Origin: a candidate division WOR-3 bacterium
GTDB lineage: Bacteria; Hydrothermota; Tepidihabitantia; Tepidihabitantales; Tepidihabitantaceae
NCBI GenBank assembly: GCA_965649225.1
Contig: CBFGJX010000010.1
Coordinates: forward strand, 21,532-85,531
Direction: 5' to 3'
DNA: 64,000 bases
This document shows, in pieces, positions 58,925-64,000 of the stretch (positions within the stretch are counted from its first letter, which is position 1; every line of letters begins with the position of its first letter). Position numbers and translations under genes: made by a program. Under the pieces are notes generated by a model. That model was not told the DNA's origin. It ran no database searches and saw only the letters and a list, made by a program, of their open reading frames with translations.

Positions 58925-59695
58925 ATGGCCATGCTGAATGTCAGCGCAGTGATGATTACCGGCAAGACACCAGCCCATGAACGCTGGGCGCGCGTGGCGG
59001 TGCGTTGCTTTCTTGAACAGACCTGGCCGGACCAGAACCGCGAACTCCTGATCGTAAACGACGGTTCCTACCGGCTGTGCGACGGCAGTGAGCCCACCGA
59101 CAGCACCGGGCGACTGCTGGTGCGTGAACTGGTTCTCCCCCATGGCGGGACAACGCTGGGCGAATTGCGCAACATCGGTATCGAGCAGGCCTGGGGAGAT
59201 GCGATAATCCAGTGGGACGACGACGACTGGCATGGCCCGCAGCGAATCGAACTGCAGGCAGCACCACTGGTTGAAAACGAGAAAACGGTGGCGACCTTTC
59301 TACGCCGGCAGTTGCGGTATTCGTTTCCGATGAACCGGGCCAAGATTCACACCTGGAACCGGATTCACGGCACAATCATGCACCGCAAGACCGCAATCCG
59401 TTATCCCTCCCAGCGCCGGGCCGAGGATTCGGTATTTCTGGACCGGCATATCCTCGCCTTTGGACTGCGGTCGCTGGTGACGGTCGATGTCCCGAAAGAC
59501 GAATGTGACCGGTATTACATCCGCTTTCACCATTCCGACGAAGAAAACACCTGGCCGGCCCGACACATCATGGGAATACTGCCCGAGCCGCGCGGACGCT
59601 GGAATATCAGCCCGAAACAGGTTGAGCGGCTCAGGGAAGTGCTGCGCGACTACTACGGCGTCGAAGCCGAACCCGACCTGAGTCGGCCAGACTAG
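58925..59695 (+). CDS. GT-A / GT2-like glycosyltransferase
   Basis: FLEQTW, ELLIVND, LGELRN, QWDDDDW, AED. Confidence 0.82.
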   Translation: MAMLNVSAVMITGKTPAHERWARVAVRCFLEQTWPDQNRELLIVNDGSYRLCDGSEPTDSTGRLLVRELVLPHGGTTLGELRNIGIEQAWGDAIIQWDDDDWHGPQRIELQAAPLVENEKTVATFLRRQLRYSFPMNRAKIHTWNRIHGTIMHRKTAIRYPSQRRAEDSVFLDRHILAFGLRSLVTVDVPKDECDRYYIRFHHSDEENTWPARHIMGILPEPRGRWNISPKQVERLREVLRDYYGVEAEPDLSRPD

Positions 59696-59715
59696 TCACT
59701 GTCGGCACAGGCAAC

Positions 59716-59749
59716 AAAAAGGGCTGGCCGCGCACTGACGCGGCCAGCC
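59716..59749 (-). terminator. Intrinsic terminator for a minus-strand transcript
   Basis: Minus strand: ggctggccgcg-tcagtg-cgcggccagcc-cttttt. Confidence 0.85.
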
Positions 59750-60162
59750 AGACTGCGGATCAAGCTTCCCCCGGAACCAGGCCTGACTTTCAAGTTAACC
59801 GATGACCGACATCGGCAGGTGCAGCAGATCCAACCGATGACGGCGTCGCCTTCTTGTGCTGGCCCGAAACCGGAGCACGGGTTGGGCACTCTGTCCCAGA
59901 GGCGATGAGCCGTCAGCTCTTGCGCCTGCTCCGGGTGACGCCTTCTCCGCGCGTGTCCACCTCCCCATCTCCGAACCCTTCCCCAAGGTTACTGCCTGCG
60001 AAGCACCCTCCGGGCTCCCTTTCCCGGCGTGGTCCCCTGAACCGGGAACCGCACCACCCCACATGCGTGGCCCGGGTAGACCGGCCCGACCACCGGCGAG
60101 CCGTCTCCATAACCCACTTTTCATCTTGGACTCCTCCCAGCCGTCGCAGGCAGTCTGTCCTA

Positions 60163-60300
60163 TGCACGCAGCGTGCCAGACAATAAAGACAAGCTTTTGT
60201 CTATAACAGATTGGTAAATCAGGGGTTGTATTTTGGTGGTGCGACACTGGTTCACTGCTGGTGGCTAATAGTGTCGCAGCGCTGCCGAAAAAATCGGCAG
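60163..60300 (-). promoter_or_regulatory. Sigma54 (-24/-12) promoter with IHF site and upstream palindromic activator sites
   Basis: Minus-strand TGGCAC-GCTGC-GTGCA (60178-60163); TAACAGATTGGTA (60204-60216); inverted repeats at 60240-60278 and 60282-60300. Confidence 0.6.
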
Positions 60301-60506
60301 TCAAGTCTGAAGACCGTGCGGGGCGGGGGTGTCTTTGCCTAATCGCGAAACGTAAGGTACACGCTGGCGACAGACGATGCCGGGTTCAGCTCCTCCAGGC
60401 TTCGCAATGATCACAAAGCAGGTTCAAGGCACGGACGGGCCGCTTCTGGGGGGATACCGGCCGCTGAACCAGGCCGAGAGGCAAAAATCAGTTCAAAAGC
60501 AGCCGG

Positions 60507-61607
60507 TTACAGGAACCGGCCGTCTTTCATTATCGGCTTGCCGTCGCCGTAGACCGTGAAGCCTTGGCGGGTGTCGCAGACCATATCCCAGTGCAGCGAG
60601 CTTTTGTTGCGGCCGCCGGTCTCGGGCAGGGATGCGCCGAGGGCGATGTGCATCGTGCCGCCGATTTTCTCGTCAAAAAGCGTGTTGCGCGTGAACCGCG
60701 TGATGCCGTAGTTGGTGCCGAACGCCAGTTCGCCGACGTAGCGCGCGCCCGGGTCCGAGTCGAGCATTGCGTTGAGGTAGTCCTCGCCCTTGTCGGCGCG
60801 GGCCTCAATTGCCTTGCCCTTCTTGAACACCAGCCGGACATTCTGCACCTCGCGACCGCCATAGACCGCAGGGAAGGTGTAACGGATGTGGCCCTCGGCT
60901 GAATCCTCAATCGGGCCGGTGAACACCTCGCCGTCCGGGAAGTTCTCGTGGCCGTCACAGTTGATCCATTTGCGGCCCGCAACCGAGAAGCTGAGGTCGG
61001 TATCGAGCCCGACGATGCGGATGACCTTGAGCCGGCCGAGCCGGCGGCAGAGCGCGGCCTGCGAGCGCGAGAGCTTTTGCCATTCCGCGACCGGGTCGCG
61101 GGCATCGAGCTTGCCGGCGCGGAACACGAAGTCGCGGTACTCATCGAGCGACATTTCGGCGTCCTGGGCCGAGGAATGGGTCGGGAACTGGGTGCCGCAC
61201 CAGCGCAGCGAGCCGGCAGCGATGCGTTTGAGCATCCGGTCGAAGAGTGGCCGGCGCGCCCGGCGCGCCCGGGCGAGGCGTGAAGGGTCAATCCCGGTCA
61301 GTTCCCGGCTGTTGTAGCCGCCCCAGATTGACAGCAGGCAGTCGATGCGGTCCATCTCGGCCTTCTCGAAAGGGGCGATGAAGTCGAGCTGGGCATCGCT
61401 GGCATGGGTGAAGAAGGCCGTCTGGAAATCGGGCAGGGACACACGGGTGTATGGGAAGGCGCCGCAGCGCAGCGCCTCGATGTAGGCCGCGCGCAGCAGG
61501 TCGGCGGCGAGTGCGGTGCCCTCGAGCCGGACGATGTCGCCGCGTTTCACCCCGATACTGTAACGAACCAGCACGCGCGCCAGTTTTTCAATCATCTGGT
61601 CAGCCAT
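60507..61607 (-). CDS. M29 family aminopeptidase (AmpS/AmpT type), paralog 2
   Basis: NFPDGEVF, GELAFG, LFDEK..GTMH.ALG, HWD. Confidence 0.95.
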   Translation of the reverse strand: MADQMIEKLARVLVRYSIGVKRGDIVRLEGTALAADLLRAAYIEALRCGAFPYTRVSLPDFQTAFFTHASDAQLDFIAPFEKAEMDRIDCLLSIWGGYNSRELTGIDPSRLARARRARRPLFDRMLKRIAAGSLRWCGTQFPTHSSAQDAEMSLDEYRDFVFRAGKLDARDPVAEWQKLSRSQAALCRRLGRLKVIRIVGLDTDLSFSVAGRKWINCDGHENFPDGEVFTGPIEDSAEGHIRYTFPAVYGGREVQNVRLVFKKGKAIEARADKGEDYLNAMLDSDPGARYVGELAFGTNYGITRFTRNTLFDEKIGGTMHIALGASLPETGGRNKSSLHWDMVCDTRQGFTVYGDGKPIMKDGRFL

Positions 61608-62715
61608 TCAGAGCCTCCATCAGGAAACGGCCGTTTTCGTACACCAGCCGGCCATCAGCCCAGACCTGCCCCGGGTTCATTGTCCGGATAAGGTCCCAGT
61701 GGATGCCGGACTTGTTTGTGCTGCCGCATTCGGGATAGCCGGCACCGAGCGCAAGATGGATGGTGCCGCCAATCTTTTCATCGAAGAGAATGTTGCCGGT
61801 CGGACGGGTGATGCCGTAGTTCAGCCCGAACGCGACCTCACCCAAAAACCGCGCGCCCGGGTCGGCGTCGAGCTGGGCGAGCAGTACATCCTCGCCCTGT
61901 TCGGCCGTCGCTTTGACCACGCGCCCGGCTTCGAATTCGAGCGTCACCCCGGTCACGCGGCGGCCTGACTGGCTGGAAGGAATGTCGAAGCGCACCCGGC
62001 CCCGGGCCGAGTCCTCGACCGGCGCGCTGAATACCTCGCCCGAAGGGAAGTTGGCTTTGCCGTCGGAGTTGATCCACTTGCGGCCCGCGACCGAAAGCTC
62101 CAGCTCGCAGTCGGGCGCGACGAAACGCAGTGTTCTGACCCGGTCAAGTGCGTCCACGTAGCGCTGCTGGTTGCGCGACAGCTCGAGCCAGGCCGCAATC
62201 GGGTCGTCCCGGTCGCAGAAACAGGCGGCGAACACGAAATCTTCGTAGTCGGCAAGTGACATTCCGGCTTCCTGGGCCGCGGCCGCGGTCGGGAACTGGG
62301 TGATGCAGGTGCGCAGTTCACCGCGGGCCTTGCGTTCCATCGAGCGTTCAAAGAGCGGCCGCTGGGCGCGGCGCACCAGGGCCAGCCGGTCAGCCGGCAC
62401 GCCCGCAAGTGCACGCAGATTGTCCTCGGCGCGGATGACCAGCCGGGCAGTCGCGAGTTCGGTTTCGATGCGGGCGGGTTCAGGGATGAAGCCGAGCTGG
62501 TCTTCGGAGCCAAAGCGATAGAGGATTTCCTCCAGTTCGGGATGGCGGGTGCGCACGACCGGGTTGGCGCCAACCGCGACCGCGCGGCGATAGACCTCGC
62601 GGACAAGAGGCAGGCCGGCCGGTTCGGACTGAATCAGCAGGTAGTCGCCTGCGCGCAGCGCCAGACTGTGGCGGGCGATGGTCTCGGCCATTCTTTCGAT
62701 GCGAATGTCAGGCAT
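61600..62715 (-). CDS. M29 family aminopeptidase (AmpS/AmpT type), paralog 1
   Basis: NFPSGEVF, GEVAFG, LFDEKIGGTIHLALGAGY, HWD. Confidence 0.95.
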   Translation of the reverse strand: MPDIRIERMAETIARHSLALRAGDYLLIQSEPAGLPLVREVYRRAVAVGANPVVRTRHPELEEILYRFGSEDQLGFIPEPARIETELATARLVIRAEDNLRALAGVPADRLALVRRAQRPLFERSMERKARGELRTCITQFPTAAAAQEAGMSLADYEDFVFAACFCDRDDPIAAWLELSRNQQRYVDALDRVRTLRFVAPDCELELSVAGRKWINSDGKANFPSGEVFSAPVEDSARGRVRFDIPSSQSGRRVTGVTLEFEAGRVVKATAEQGEDVLLAQLDADPGARFLGEVAFGLNYGITRPTGNILFDEKIGGTIHLALGAGYPECGSTNKSGIHWDLIRTMNPGQVWADGRLVYENGRFLMEALNG

Positions 62716-62766
62716 CGGCCATTGTCGATTGCCGGCAATCGGTTGTCAAATCGGTGCCGTTGTCGG

Positions 62767-64000
62767 CTAGTCGATAGAAAGGCGGCGGGTCGTGAAGAAG
62801 CCAAGCATTCCCGCCGCGACGGTCGCCAGTCCGACCGCAAGCAGCAGACCGCGGGCGGGCAGGAGGCGCGTGGCCTGGCCGATACCCAGAGCGAAGAAGG
62901 CGAAGAGCAGGTGCATCAGCCACTCGCGTGCCGAGAAGATGCGGCCGCGCGCAGCATCGGGTACGGTCTGATGAAGCAGGGTGTCCATCCCGATGTAGAG
63001 CGGCGAGATGCCCAGTCCAGCGGCAAAGGCCAGTGCGGCCGCGTGTTCGAAACGCCGGGCAAAGGCAAGCCCGACCGCGGCCAGACCGATGAGAACGAAG
63101 CTGGCGAGCATCACCCGGTGCTTGGGCACGCGCCGGACAACGCCGTAGGTCGCCGTGGACAGCAGCAGGCCGACCGCGCCGAACCCGGCGATGAACCCGA
63201 CGCCGCGCGTGCCCAGGCCGAGTCCGGCCGCGGTTCTGTCCTGGATAATTGGCACGTAGAGTACCAGCCAGGCCGCGCCGATGAAGACCAGTAACGCGGC
63301 CGAGCAGTAGACGAACAGCACGGTCGGGGTGCGCCGGGCCAGGCCAAGCGCGGTGCGCAGGTCGGCGATGAACTGATCCGCGCGGCGCGCGATCGCCCAG
63401 CCGATGGAATCGCGGAACGCCGGGCGAGGCGCAGGGAACGGGGTGGCGGCGCGTTCCTGCGGGGCGATGCTGCGGTAGACCGCGAACAACGCGATGACCG
63501 AGACAGCATAGGTCAGTGCGTCAATGTAGTAACCCGCGGCCCAGGGCGGACTGATGCCGAGGCGGGACCAGCCCGACCAGTCCACGATCATTCCGCCGCC
63601 GAGCGTGCCGAGCACCGTGGCGACGCGGCCGGCGACGTTCATCAGTGCGTTGGCACCGAGCACGCGGACAACCCCGACAAGGTTGGGTATGGTTGCCATT
63701 CGGGCGGCCTGAAACAGGACGCCGAGAAGGAACACCATAAACGCGACAGCGTAGATCAGACCGAGCGAACCAGTTGCCAGCGCGACAAGCGGTACGGCGG
63801 CAACCAGCAGGGTGCGGCCGATGTCGGCGCCGACCATCACCGCCCGGCGGTCCCAGCGGTCGGCAAGCACTCCCGCGAGCGGGCCGAACAGGACCGCAGG
63901 CAGGGCCATTATGACCGGCACTGTCGACAGCACGCGCGCACCGTTCCAGCCGTGACGTTCGGTGAACCAGGCGACCATCGCCAGCAGCGCCATGTAATCG
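62767..64000 (-). CDS. MFS transporter (5' end lies outside the window)
   Basis: GVLADRWDRR motif A, multiple TM helices, RGR. Confidence 0.9.
   Translation of the reverse strand, partial: DYMALLAMVAWFTERHGWNGARVLSTVPVIMALPAVLFGPLAGVLADRWDRRAVMVGADIGRTLLVAAVPLVALATGSLGLIYAVAFMVFLLGVLFQAARMATIPNLVGVVRVLGANALMNVAGRVATVLGTLGGGMIVDWSGWSRLGISPPWAAGYYIDALTYAVSVIALFAVYRSIAPQERAATPFPAPRPAFRDSIGWAIARRADQFIADLRTALGLARRTPTVLFVYCSAALLVFIGAAWLVLYVPIIQDRTAAGLGLGTRGVGFIAGFGAVGLLLSTATYGVVRRVPKHRVMLASFVLIGLAAVGLAFARRFEHAAALAFAAGLGISPLYIGMDTLLHQTVPDAARGRIFSAREWLMHLLFAFFALGIGQATRLLPARGLLLAVGLATVAAGMLGFFTTRRLSID

Overview
GC-rich bacterial chromosomal segment. My best guess from the protein families is candidate phylum WOR-3 or a related diderm (inference only). 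It holds housekeeping genes (asnA, mgtE, peroxiredoxin, der, alaS, recA-recX, trxA, mrp/apbC, two M29 aminopeptidases), a cluster of lipid-linked glycosyltransferases, and six secreted proteins ending in a T9SS-type-A-like C-terminal domain (CTD). I saw no rRNA, tRNA, CRISPR array or intact transposase. Most notable observations: (1) a secreted selenoprotein split by the ORF track (54199-54969), with a UxxC thioredoxin fold, an in-frame UGA followed by a textbook bacterial SECIS hairpin, and a T9SS-like CTD. (2) A recurring TTGnnn-N16-TAnnnT promoter grammar with many leaderless starts; two genes, including essential der, appear to begin at a leaderless ATC. (3) A nested, highly structured candidate ncRNA of about 185-250 nt at 55.3 kb. 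(4) An orphan sigma54/IHF/enhancer transcription unit. (5) Orphan tandem NrdR boxes. (6) A lipoprotein with a putative Cys-Gln thioester domain. All calls come from reading the sequence; no database searches were run.
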